From: a virus
Lineage: Duplodnaviria; Caudoviricetes
Virus record (IMG/VR): IMGVR_UViG_3300024302_000009
Location: 1 to 63,083 of that record
Reading direction: 5' to 3' (one strand)
DNA: 63,083 nucleotides
Shown here piece after piece: positions 8,806 through 16,895 of the stretch; positions within the stretch are counted from its first letter, which is position 1; each line of letters opens with the position of its first letter. The notes beneath the pieces were generated by a model. It had not been told where the DNA came from and did not search any database. It worked only from the letters and a program-made list of their open reading frames with translations. The position numbers and the translations under genes were made by a program.

Positions 8806-8979
8806 ATGGCTATTTATGCAGCGGAAATTGAAAGTGTTGTAACGCTCCATATTACGTTGGAGAGTGACACAGTACCCACAAAAGCAGATGTGCTACGTGC
8901 TGCTGCTTCTGTTGATAACCATCAATACTCTGACATAAGCGATGAAAGAGTTACGTGCATTGAAAAAGAAGAAGGATAA
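8806..8979 (+). CDS. Small hypothetical protein (57 aa)
   Basis: Manual translation MAIYAAEIES...EKEEG, with RBS. Confidence 0.55.
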   Translation: MAIYAAEIESVVTLHITLESDTVPTKADVLRAAASVDNHQYSDISDERVTCIEKEEG

Positions 8980-8983
8980 GATA

Positions 8984-9223
8984 ATGTACTACATCACAAT
9001 CACACCAAAGAGTTTCTATCAGTTGGATGAAACTATCTCATACGCCACGGAGATTTTGGCAAAGGACTTAGGACCACATGTTGAGTGGGCTATTGAGTTC
9101 GCCAAGTCCCGTGATACTGAAGAGATACAGCATACTGTCTCTGTGCATAAGCATGTGGCTAAGGTACCACACATTGTTACGGTCGGAAATCTCACCATCG
9201 AAACTGGTTGTGAGGACTTCTAA
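8984..9223 (+). CDS. Hypothetical protein
   Basis: Start MYYITITPK after AAGGA. Confidence 0.65.
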   Translation: MYYITITPKSFYQLDETISYATEILAKDLGPHVEWAIEFAKSRDTEEIQHTVSVHKHVAKVPHIVTVGNLTIETGCEDF

Positions 9224-9438
9224 TGCGATGTAAGACAGGAGATAAGGTGTACGTGCACCCGGATAATGAATGGGGTGTGTACACTGAAGGGAAAGTGTAC
9301 ATTGTAGAGTATGTAGGGGACAATGGTAATTGTGACATAGTAGATGACAGGGGAACTGATCTGTGGATCAATAAGCGACATGTAACTCCTGCCCTCACAA
9401 CTCCCCGAGAGAAGATTGAGGCTATGCTATTGGCTTGA
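9223..9438 (+). CDS. KIExML-tail family member 2 (SH3/KOW-like)
   Basis: KTGDKV start motif, ends TPREKIEAMLLA. The stop codon lies inside TTGACA. Confidence 0.85.
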   Translation: MRCKTGDKVYVHPDNEWGVYTEGKVYIVEYVGDNGNCDIVDDRGTDLWINKRHVTPALTTPREKIEAMLLA

Positions 9439-9463
9439 CATAAGCCTTTAGGTAGTGTATACT
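9435..9463 (+). promoter_or_regulatory. Class I early promoter TTGACATAAG...TATACT
   Basis: 17-bp spacer. Confidence 0.85.
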
Positions 9464-9557
9464 GTAAGAACAATAAGGAGAGAGACATGAGCAGCTTAAC
9501 AGGTGACGAGTTCTGGGATAACATCTCAAAGCGTGATCCCTTCAAGGGGAGAAAGAA

Positions 9558-9797
9558 ATGAAGTACGAAGTAGGTGATCTGGTACTTATCCCTAAGGATG
9601 TAACAGAGGAGTATGAATACCATGCTTTCACAGAGGGTGATCCGTATGAGGTAACGGAAATCTATACGGCTAACAATGGCATTATGTACCTGTATGTGAA
9701 TGATGATAGTGGAGACAACTGGGAGCTTGGCTTCGACGAGGTTAACCCCTACGAAAAGACTGCCCGACAGAAGATCGAAGCTATGCTACTCGCTTGA
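9558..9797 (+). CDS. KIExML-tail family member 3 (SH3/KOW-like, acidic)
   Basis: YEVGDLV start motif, ends TARQKIEAMLLA. The stop codon lies inside TTGACA. Confidence 0.85.
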   Translation: MKYEVGDLVLIPKDVTEEYEYHAFTEGDPYEVTEIYTANNGIMYLYVNDDSGDNWELGFDEVNPYEKTARQKIEAMLLA

Positions 9798-9822
9798 CAT
9801 AAGAAGCTGGTTAGTGTATAAT
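9794..9822 (+). promoter_or_regulatory. Class I promoter TTGACATAAG...TATAAT, driving the tRNA-like array
   Basis: Perfect hexamers, 17-bp spacer, 26 nt upstream of the first tRNA-like element. Confidence 0.9.
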
Positions 9823-9848
9823 ACTTGAACAATAAGGAAAGACATTAT

Positions 9849-9926
9849 GTTCCGTTCGTCTAGATGGTCTAGGACGCTGGTAGCTTGCTACTTGAAACGC
9901 TGGTTCAAATCCAGCACGGAACCCCA
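9849..9926 (+). tRNA. tRNA-Glu-like RNA 1 with non-canonical anticodon arm
   Basis: Acceptor GTTCCGT/ACGGAAC, D arm GTCT..AGGAC, T arm GCTGG-TTCAAAT-CCAGC, encoded CCA. The anticodon region folds as GTAG-CTTG-CTAC with no 7-nt loop. Confidence 0.85.
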
Positions 9927-9928
9927 AT

Positions 9929-10043
9929 ATAGCCACTCGTCTAAGGGTAAAGACACTGGGTGGAGGGTGTACGCTTCTATAGGGCCACTGCACGCTTGTA
10001 TAACACACAGAGATATCTGGTTCAACTCCAGAAGGTTATTCCA
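9929..10043 (+). tRNA. tRNA-like RNA 2 with ~55-nt extended anticodon arm
   Basis: Acceptor ATAGCC/GGTTAT (weaker), D arm GTCT..AGAC, T arm TCTGG-TTCAACT-CCAGA, CCA end. Confidence 0.7.
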
Positions 10044-10048
10044 ATTAT

Positions 10049-10127
10049 GTTTCCATCGTCTAGTTGGTTAGGACGCTCATCTGTAAAACGGAGAGAAACA
10101 CTGGTTCAAGTCCAGTTGGAAACCCCA
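10049..10127 (+). tRNA. tRNA-Glu-like RNA 3 with distorted anticodon arm
   Basis: Acceptor GTTTCCA/TGGAAAC, T arm ACTGG-TTCAAGT-CCAGT, CCA. The arm CTCATCTGTAAAACGGAGAG is not a 5-bp stem plus 7-nt loop. Confidence 0.85.
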
Positions 10128-10129
10128 AT

Positions 10130-10223
10130 GTTCCTGTCGTCTAGATGGTCTAGGACGCTGATGAGATTGCCTCAATGTTGGTCCTTATCAGAAACACTGG
10201 TTCAAATCCAGTCAGGAACCCCA
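10130..10223 (+). tRNA. tRNA-Glu-like RNA 4 with elongated anticodon arm
   Basis: Acceptor GTTCCTG/CAGGAAC, T arm ACTGG-TTCAAAT-CCAGT, CCA. An 8-bp CTGATGAG/CTTATCAG stem encloses 18 nt. Confidence 0.85.
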
Positions 10224-10247
10224 ATTATGCTAGCAAAGGAGTAGCTC

Positions 10248-10454
10248 ATGTCATCTGGTAAACAACAACAATACAAATGGAATGTTCCAGCAAAAAGGAT
10301 TTACGTCACAGAGGCACGTGCTATAGGCAAGCAGTACCAGCCATGGGACAAGCTGCCGGACATGGATAAGGATTATTATAGGGCCTGTGCACAGCGCAAC
10401 GCCCAATACAAGATTGCGCAATCAGCGCATGAGGTTGTTGGTAACCTCAAGTAA
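10248..10454 (+). CDS. Hypothetical protein
   Basis: 68 aa with AAGGAG RBS, immediately after the tRNA-like array. Confidence 0.7.
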   Translation: MSSGKQQQYKWNVPAKRIYVTEARAIGKQYQPWDKLPDMDKDYYRACAQRNAQYKIAQSAHEVVGNLK

Positions 10455-10486
10455 GCCAACTTAACGCTCAACATAGGGAGTACTCC

Positions 10487-10771
10487 ATGAGCAATAACTT
10501 TATCAACGTGAGTAAGGGTAGTAAGAGTAATCATGTCCAGCGTAAGGATGTGAAGTTTGGCGAACTGTTTCGCGCCAAAGGCAAAGAGATGGATGGTGCT
10601 ACATACGCCCATATGGGTGTGCGTACTGACCCTCCTACCTCCGGCCCTGAGGCATGGCAGTCGATCAACATCGACTCTGGTGAGGCAGCGTCTTCCCCTA
10701 ATGGGGATAAGGGCGTAGTCATCGTGGGTGGTTTCACTATTGAAGCTGCTATCCACGAAGACTTCTCTTGA
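10487..10771 (+). CDS. Hypothetical protein
   Basis: 94 aa, GGGAG RBS, followed by a terminator. Confidence 0.75.
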   Translation: MSNNFINVSKGSKSNHVQRKDVKFGELFRAKGKEMDGATYAHMGVRTDPPTSGPEAWQSINIDSGEAASSPNGDKGVVIVGGFTIEAAIHEDFS

Positions 10772-10787
10772 TTAGCTGAAAGGCACA

Positions 10788-10815
10788 GGAGGGTGAAAGT
10801 CCCTCCACTTTCTTT
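10788..10815 (+). terminator. Rho-independent terminator
   Basis: GGAGGG-TGAAAGT-CCCTCC followed by ACTTTCTTT. Confidence 0.75.
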
Positions 10816-10972
10816 AAACTAAGTAGGGTATTGTGATACAGCATATATTTACATTATTGGAATTTGTTAATTGGATGGAAATTAATCCATCATTGGTGTA
10901 CGGTGAGGACTACATATACCTTGCTGTAGTTGACACTAAAACTATATATGTAATCTACTGAAGGAGAAAGAC

Positions 10973-12634
10973 ATGCGCGGATACTTTACCAACTCAACTG
11001 GGGCCAAGACTAAGGTCCAACTGCGTGAGCTGATTACTGGTTGGTCAGAGGATGCAGACACAGGCGAAAAGGAGTTTGCTGAGCATTACGATAAGTTCTA
11101 CAGTGATGAGGGTATCCTTACTGCTGCTCGGTTGATGCGCCACTTTAGTGAGAGGGCAGTCAGGTTAACTGGTGCTATTGCTAATCACTGTGGTTATGCA
11201 GAGAAACACACCTACCTTGAGTGGGGTGAAGGTGTCCCAATGATGCCGTTGTCCTACGTCGTGGTCAACAAGGGTGTTGTTTCGGTCAGAGTACATGAGG
11301 AGATTAAAATCCCTGTGCCTAGTGCCAATAACACTCTCCGCAACGTGTGGTGGTGCTCTGGTACAGATAACCTGAATATCATGGCTACCATCATTGAGGC
11401 TGACAAAGGTAACCCCCGCAACAAGAAGTGGGAGACACCTGCTCGCGCTATCGCTAACATGAAGCGAACCAAAGATTACACTATGGCTAAGTTCATGAAC
11501 AAGTTTACCCTAGTGGGTAATATGTATACTGCATCACAAATGCGTGATGTAGCAGACAACATCGCGGAGGAGTTCCTTCCTGTAGAGGTCAAGGAAGCTC
11601 TAACGCTACAAGACTGGATTGATATGTACGAGCTGAGTAAGCAGTCTTGTATGGTGTCACGTAGTGAGCACGCTGGTCAGTGGAGTGGTGACTTCCTCAG
11701 TCAAGTACAGAAGGGCGTACCTGTTGAAAAGGTGATGCACCCTGTCGTGTGGTACTTCTACAATCCTGATGTACGGGGCTTTTATGTACGAAAGAGAGAT
11801 AGTGTCACCACACGTTGTATTGTCATCAACGATGATGTATTCAACTACAAGATGTACTCCTCCGGTGAGGTAGATGGTCGTGCCCTGCGTGCATACTTTC
11901 AAGAGCAGGGGTGGGAGCAGATGGAAGAAGATGACATGGTTGAATGCGGTACTGCATCCTTCACTATACCAGCATATAAAAAGGATAACGGAGAAAAGGT
12001 CTGTCCTTTCCCCTACGTTGACTCCATTAATATGTACTGGAATGTGGAATACCTTGAAGATACTGATGAGTACAGGTGGTCCCAAGCAATGGAAGACACA
12101 CGCCCTGTACCTAAGGTACGCAGCCAAACCTATGCAGGGTTCATAACCCACAATCATATCACTGGTGCACAGTGTGTGCGTTGTGGCGGGGATTGTGGTA
12201 GGTACGCTGTGCTAACTAACGATAACTCCAACTACTGCTGTGATGAGTGTGCAGAGAATGACGGGTATGGTCGTGCAAAACGGTCAGACCACTCAACTAT
12301 CTGGATAGCTCGGGAAATGGCTTTCCTTGATGATGTTCATGGTGATATGTTCACCAACAGAGAAGCCTGTATCTCTTGTGGCGGTTTACCTCACTACAAG
12401 GGGCACACCTATGAGACGGAAGAAGAATACCCGTTGACTGTTCACGGTTACCAGAACATCACTCACGGTGACATGGCAATGACAATCACGCGGAGCACCT
12501 ATAGGTTCCTAACAGAAAAAGGCCAAATAAAAGAAGGTGTACTCACTCTCGGCAAGGCAATCGCCCCTCCCAACATCAATGTAACACGGGGCATGAACAG
12601 ATTTAATCGTGCAACAAGTCAATTTGAAAAGTAA
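10973..12634 (+). CDS. Large hypothetical protein with SCM and FPYVD motifs and a C-terminal Cys-rich (Zn-binding) region
   Basis: 553 aa, AAGGAG RBS, with CVRC, CCDEC and CISC clusters. Confidence 0.8.
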   Translation: MRGYFTNSTGAKTKVQLRELITGWSEDADTGEKEFAEHYDKFYSDEGILTAARLMRHFSERAVRLTGAIANHCGYAEKHTYLEWGEGVPMMPLSYVVVNKGVVSVRVHEEIKIPVPSANNTLRNVWWCSGTDNLNIMATIIEADKGNPRNKKWETPARAIANMKRTKDYTMAKFMNKFTLVGNMYTASQMRDVADNIAEEFLPVEVKEALTLQDWIDMYELSKQSCMVSRSEHAGQWSGDFLSQVQKGVPVEKVMHPVVWYFYNPDVRGFYVRKRDSVTTRCIVINDDVFNYKMYSSGEVDGRALRAYFQEQGWEQMEEDDMVECGTASFTIPAYKKDNGEKVCPFPYVDSINMYWNVEYLEDTDEYRWSQAMEDTRPVPKVRSQTYAGFITHNHITGAQCVRCGGDCGRYAVLTNDNSNYCCDECAENDGYGRAKRSDHSTIWIAREMAFLDDVHGDMFTNREACISCGGLPHYKGHTYETEEEYPLTVHGYQNITHGDMAMTITRSTYRFLTEKGQIKEGVLTLGKAIAPPNINVTRGMNRFNRATSQFEK

Positions 12635-12643
12635 GGTGGAATA

Positions 12644-14287
12644 ATGTCAAAAGGACCAATCAATAAGAAAGTGGTGACTAATCTTCCTGTCAAGGTTGAT
12701 CCCCACAAACGAGTTAAGAAGGGGGACATTGATCCTGTACTTCATGCTCTCCTTCGTCTGGCTACACCTATGGGGTCAGAGAAGGTCATTGTGGGTATCA
12801 TCAATGCTGTCTGTGCTAAACTATCTATTGAGACTACTCTCGATGAGAAGGGTAATCTACGTGCGGTTGTGGGAGAGGGGTCCAAGACTATCTTTAGTTC
12901 CCATATGGACACTGTGCATGACGCTTTTGGTGCATTACGTCTGTATCAATACACGGGGGACAAGAAGAAGGGGATCATCTTTGCTAAGCAGAACAACAAG
13001 AAATGTGTGCTTGGTGCTGATGACAAGGTGGGTGTGTGGCTTATGCTCAAGCTTATGGAGGCTGGTACACCGGGGCTGTACATCTTCCATATGGGGGAGG
13101 AGCAAGGTCGCGTAGGCTCTAAGTATATCGCTGCCTCTACACCTGAGATATTGGAAGGGTACGAGCGTGCTATTGCGTTTGATAGGGCAGGATACTTGGA
13201 CATTGTGGACACACAAATATCCGGTGAATGTTGCTCTGATACGTTTGTAGAGGCTCTGTCAACTCAACTAGACGCTGGTCTGGATGACAAGTACCCTGAT
13301 AGGGCTACTACCTCAGGCTTTACTGGGGCTACAGGTTCCTATACGGACACCGCCTCTTACATGAAACTCATCCCTGAATGTACCAATATCTCTGTGGGCT
13401 ATGACAACCAGCACACATCTGAGGAGATATTCGATTGGCCGTGGCTCAACGAGACGCTGCTGCCTATCCTGCTCAAAGTTAAGTGGGAAGACCTTCCAAC
13501 GGTCAGAGATCACACGGCAGTTCCTGTCTACACTAATAGCTACCGGAGTGGTGGTTATGGGAATTATGGTGGCTACAGCGGCTATGGCATGGGCGCAGAC
13601 CCTTGGTATGAGGATGATGACTTCTGGAAGGGCAATAGCCAGAACGACACTATCCGCAATGTGTCTTTGTATGAGAAGGATATCCCACGTACATATGACT
13701 CCACGGCTACATGGGTACTAGGGGAGGATTTACCCACTAACATCTACATGGCTACACGTATCATTGAGAAATGGACGTATAAGAAGGGAGATATCCTTGT
13801 TGATGAGGTCAAGACAGCTAACAAGACCATTGAAGAACTCAAGGACTTGGTGAACACTGCATACTATCTGTTCTCTAACATTGAGAGCTTGAAGATACTT
13901 GAGGATGGGGATGACAGGGCTAAGATGGTTCAAGGGGATATTGACGACTGGTATCAGGATATGTACACTACTGGTGTGTATGCAGGAGAGCTTGTGGATG
14001 ATGATAGCGAGGAACCTGCGGAGGAAAAAGATGAGCCGGGGCGTCCACCGGGACCAGCAGACAACATGACCTTTGATAGTAACCTGTTTAAGCTGACACA
14101 AGCGAATGAGGAGGCTACAGGAGGATACAATGAGATCACCATTGTTAACAGTGCTGGTGTCAAATACTCTCACTCTGCCTTGAAAGAAAAACGCAAGGGG
14201 GACACTCTGTACTACAACATGAGTGGTTATCGTCTGCCTTATATGTTCTACACCATCAAAGGTGATGAGAATTTCCTGAAAGGTTAG
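12644..14287 (+). CDS. M28/M20-clan Zn metallopeptidase with long acidic C-terminal extension
   Basis: SHMDTVH, LGADDK, GEEQG, FDR, YTD and NISVGYDNQHT motifs. Confidence 0.85.
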   Translation: MSKGPINKKVVTNLPVKVDPHKRVKKGDIDPVLHALLRLATPMGSEKVIVGIINAVCAKLSIETTLDEKGNLRAVVGEGSKTIFSSHMDTVHDAFGALRLYQYTGDKKKGIIFAKQNNKKCVLGADDKVGVWLMLKLMEAGTPGLYIFHMGEEQGRVGSKYIAASTPEILEGYERAIAFDRAGYLDIVDTQISGECCSDTFVEALSTQLDAGLDDKYPDRATTSGFTGATGSYTDTASYMKLIPECTNISVGYDNQHTSEEIFDWPWLNETLLPILLKVKWEDLPTVRDHTAVPVYTNSYRSGGYGNYGGYSGYGMGADPWYEDDDFWKGNSQNDTIRNVSLYEKDIPRTYDSTATWVLGEDLPTNIYMATRIIEKWTYKKGDILVDEVKTANKTIEELKDLVNTAYYLFSNIESLKILEDGDDRAKMVQGDIDDWYQDMYTTGVYAGELVDDDSEEPAEEKDEPGRPPGPADNMTFDSNLFKLTQANEEATGGYNEITIVNSAGVKYSHSALKEKRKGDTLYYNMSGYRLPYMFYTIKGDENFLKG

Positions 14288-14291
14288 TGAT

Positions 14292-14585
14292 ATGGAAAGA
14301 GATGTTAGACTAGGTGATAAGGTTAGGTGCTGGACAGATACCTCCTCAGTGCGAATAGGTACTGTGTGTCGCTTAACTGTCGCTGGCTGCGACCTTAAGG
14401 CTCAGGGCTATGACTTCATCATGAGTGGTGTGGAGAATAACAGAGGGCACCCCCTAAACCACGATGAAAGAGATATTTATGATTTGCCCTACGGGGATGA
14501 CTACTGGTATGGGGCGTTTAAAGACTGTGATGCACCAATTAAACTGACAGCTAGACAAAAGATTGAAAGGATGTTACATGCTTAA
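14292..14585 (+). CDS. KIExML-tail family member 4
   Basis: RLGDKV start motif, ends TARQKIERMLHA. The tail overlaps the GluRS start codon. Confidence 0.85.
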   Translation: MERDVRLGDKVRCWTDTSSVRIGTVCRLTVAGCDLKAQGYDFIMSGVENNRGHPLNHDERDIYDLPYGDDYWYGAFKDCDAPIKLTARQKIERMLHA

Positions 14586-15387
14586 CACACGTATTGCTCC
14601 ATCACCTACAGGTGACATGCACCTTGGAACAGCACGCACTGCATACTTTAACTGGCTTGCTGCACGGGCCACCGGAGGTAAATTCATTCTACGGATTGAT
14701 GATACCGACTTGGAACGCAGCAAGCCAGAACACACTGAAGTAATCCTTGAGACAATGGAATGGCTCGGGCTGGACTATGATGAAATCCATTACCAGAGTA
14801 AGCGTCAAGATAGGTACGAAGATATTGTGCGTATGTTTAAACATAGTGATAAAGGGTTTATTGATGATGGGTGTTTGCGACTGACTGCGCCCTTTGAGGA
14901 GGACAATCATCTAGTGATGATGAAATCAGACGGCTCCCCTACATATCACTTTGCCTCTGTGCTGGATGATATTGACATGGATACTAACTACATCATTCGT
15001 GGCAATGATCATGAACTCAACCTTCCTAAACACCAGCACATCCATAACCAAATTGTAGGTAATCTAGGGCCAGCGTTCCCTGACGTACAGCATGTAAGCC
15101 TTATCACCAAGGGCGGCAAGAAGATGTCCAAGCGTGATGATGCTGCATCTATGCTGTGGTATCGTGACCAAGGGTATAGTCCTGAGGCTGTGCTAAACTT
15201 CATGTTACGGTTGGGATGGTCACCAGATCAGGATGACAAGTCCAACGCTATCATCACAAGAGACAAGGCTGTAGAGATGTTCTTCGATGGGGGACACTTT
15301 ATCAAGGCTAAGCTGTCCGGCTATGACCAGAACAAGCTGGATTGGTTCAACAAGAAGTACAAGGCTATGGAGAGGATGGCGGCATGA
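14578..15387 (+). CDS. Truncated glutamyl-tRNA synthetase (catalytic and stem-contact domains only, no anticodon-binding domain)
   Basis: RIAPSPTG, HLGT (HIGH), LRIDDTD, YQSKR, PTYHFASVLDD, IRGNDH, KMSKR and LGWS motifs. Ends at 269 aa just after KLDWFNKKY. Confidence 0.92.
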   Translation: MLNTRIAPSPTGDMHLGTARTAYFNWLAARATGGKFILRIDDTDLERSKPEHTEVILETMEWLGLDYDEIHYQSKRQDRYEDIVRMFKHSDKGFIDDGCLRLTAPFEEDNHLVMMKSDGSPTYHFASVLDDIDMDTNYIIRGNDHELNLPKHQHIHNQIVGNLGPAFPDVQHVSLITKGGKKMSKRDDAASMLWYRDQGYSPEAVLNFMLRLGWSPDQDDKSNAIITRDKAVEMFFDGGHFIKAKLSGYDQNKLDWFNKKYKAMERMAA

Positions 15388-15611
15388 CGTATTGTTTTCA
15401 ACCGGGGGACAGAGTTAGGGTCAAGTACAACAATGATAGCAGCGCAGCAGATCACCCCGCAGGTAGTATCAGAATAGTAGATAAGTCGGAAACAACAAGA
15501 AGCGGGCTTACCACCTTTAGGGGGAATTACCATTATGGTATATGGGCTGAAAAATTAGAGTTGTGTGTCCCCACCGCCAGAGAGAAAATAGAAAGGATGC
15601 TCCATGAGTGA
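15384..15611 (+). CDS. KIExML-tail family member 5
   Basis: FQPGDRV start motif, ends TAREKIERMLHE. ATGA coupling to the GluRS stop. Confidence 0.85.
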   Translation: MTYCFQPGDRVRVKYNNDSSAADHPAGSIRIVDKSETTRSGLTTFRGNYHYGIWAEKLELCVPTAREKIERMLHE

Positions 15612-15849
15612 AATTAACGGAGGAAACAACTTCAAGGTAGGGGATATGGTGTATATTCCGGGCCATAGTATATTTGGGGAGCCTAGCAAAGTCCTAGAGA
15701 TAGGGGAACCTACGTTTCGTGACGCTGACTACACTTATGTCATGGCCCTTGAAGGTATTTATGACAATACCCGCACTATTGTACCTAATGGGTTTCACCT
15801 GTATGCTATGACACCTCGTCAGAAGATAGAGAGGATGCTCCATGCTTAA
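15604..15849 (+). CDS. KIExML-tail family member 6
   Basis: NGGNNFKVGDMV start motif, ends TPRQKIERMLHA. Confidence 0.85.
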   Translation: MSEINGGNNFKVGDMVYIPGHSIFGEPSKVLEIGEPTFRDADYTYVMALEGIYDNTRTIVPNGFHLYAMTPRQKIERMLHA

Positions 15850-16087
15850 CGGAGGAAACAAATTCAAAGTTGGTGATATAGTGTCGTATGCACCCAAACT
15901 TGACGACGATTATGATAAAAATCAAAACTTAAAAGTAGTTAGTGTGCAAGAGTTAGGTTTTCATCAGGATAGCTGTACGTATACAATATGCCTAGAAGGG
16001 ATGGGAGGTACAAAGTATCTACCTAGCTATTACAAACTAGAACCTATGACAGCTCGACAGAAGATTGAGGCCATGTTACATGAGTGA
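15842..16087 (+). CDS. KIExML-tail family member 7
   Basis: NGGNKFKVGDIV start motif, ends TARQKIEAMLHE. Confidence 0.85.
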   Translation: MLNGGNKFKVGDIVSYAPKLDDDYDKNQNLKVVSVQELGFHQDSCTYTICLEGMGGTKYLPSYYKLEPMTARQKIEAMLHE

Positions 16088-16895
16088 TATCAAGGAATAT
16101 ATAGACTCCATCGACCTTGACATGGACGTAGTACACAGGACGGATTGCCCTGAATGTGGTGGTGGTAACACCTTTACGGTCACCAAGACGCTCGATGGAA
16201 CAGTATGGAACTGCTATTCAGCGACCTGTAGTGTAGTAGGCGGTACTTCGGATGTGCGCTTAAGCAGTGAGGAGCTAGAGATGTTCCTCCAGAGAGGGGA
16301 TGTCAGGACCCCTTCTCTGTTCCAGATACCTGATATATGGGTACCAGCACGACAATCCAAGAAGACTATGGACTACCTTAAGGTGAATAACTGTCTGGAC
16401 GCCTATGAGGAAGACAGAGCAGACATCATGTATGACCCTGTATTGGACCGCCATGTCTTTGTAAGCTGGTCTGAGGGCATCTGTAAGGGTGCGGTAGGTA
16501 GACTAGCTGGAGGCTCCAGTGCCCCTAAGTGGTGGGTCTACAGCCTAGCAAACACCCATCCATTAGTTATCCCCCAATATGGGGTAGCTGGCTTCCCCGA
16601 GTATCCTAATCCCAAGGTAGGGGTGCTGGTGGAGGATGCAGCGTCTGCTTGTGCTGTGAGTTGTGAAGCTGACGGAATTGCATTGATGGGTACAAATCTG
16701 AACCCCTACTATGTACCTGTCATAAAAGAGTACGATAGTATTATTATTGCCCTAGACCCTGATGCGCACAACAAGGGCATTGACATGCAGCTAGAGGTAT
16801 CCATGTACACCAATGCGAAGGTTGCTACCATCACGGATGACCTTAAATACATGCAACCTGATCAAATTAGATGGGAAATAGGAGATTTAGTATGA
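16080..16895 (+). CDS. DNA primase (Zn finger + TOPRIM)
   Basis: CPECG...CYSATC Zn finger, and LVEDAASA, ALMGT and IALDPDA TOPRIM motifs. Confidence 0.9.
   Translation: MSDIKEYIDSIDLDMDVVHRTDCPECGGGNTFTVTKTLDGTVWNCYSATCSVVGGTSDVRLSSEELEMFLQRGDVRTPSLFQIPDIWVPARQSKKTMDYLKVNNCLDAYEEDRADIMYDPVLDRHVFVSWSEGICKGAVGRLAGGSSAPKWWVYSLANTHPLVIPQYGVAGFPEYPNPKVGVLVEDAASACAVSCEADGIALMGTNLNPYYVPVIKEYDSIIIALDPDAHNKGIDMQLEVSMYTNAKVATITDDLKYMQPDQIRWEIGDLV

Noticed and set aside
8930-8939. Seventh TTGACATAAG promoter (CTGACATAAG)
   Set aside because: Mismatch in the -35 box, no -10 at 17 bp, and it lies inside a coding ORF.
9960-10010. Group I intron in tRNA-like RNA 2
   Set aside because: The extra sequence is only about 40 nt, far too short, and shows no P/Q/R/S core.
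10076-10095. Functional tRNA-Tyr (CT-GTA-AA loop) in RNA 3
   Set aside because: No 5-bp stem closes that 7-nt loop, there is no long variable arm, and the body is Glu-type.
10157-10213. Hammerhead ribozyme in tRNA-like RNA 4 (CTGATGA...GAAAC...GTC)
   Set aside because: Stem I cannot form, stem II closure is non-canonical, and CTGATGAG pairs fully with CTTATCAG.
9849-10223. CRISPR-like repeat-spacer array
   Set aside because: The repeats are split tRNA arms with pairing acceptor stems and CCA. The variable parts are 18-55 nt and there is no cas operon; the Cas4-like gene is a typical phage exonuclease.
9847-10244. ORFs 9847-10071 and 9960-10244 with repeated SSRWSRTL peptides
   Set aside because: The peptide repeats are translations of the repeated tRNA D/T arms, and the base-pair covariation supports RNA function. 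An AAGGA does precede the ATG at 9847, so translation is not fully excluded.
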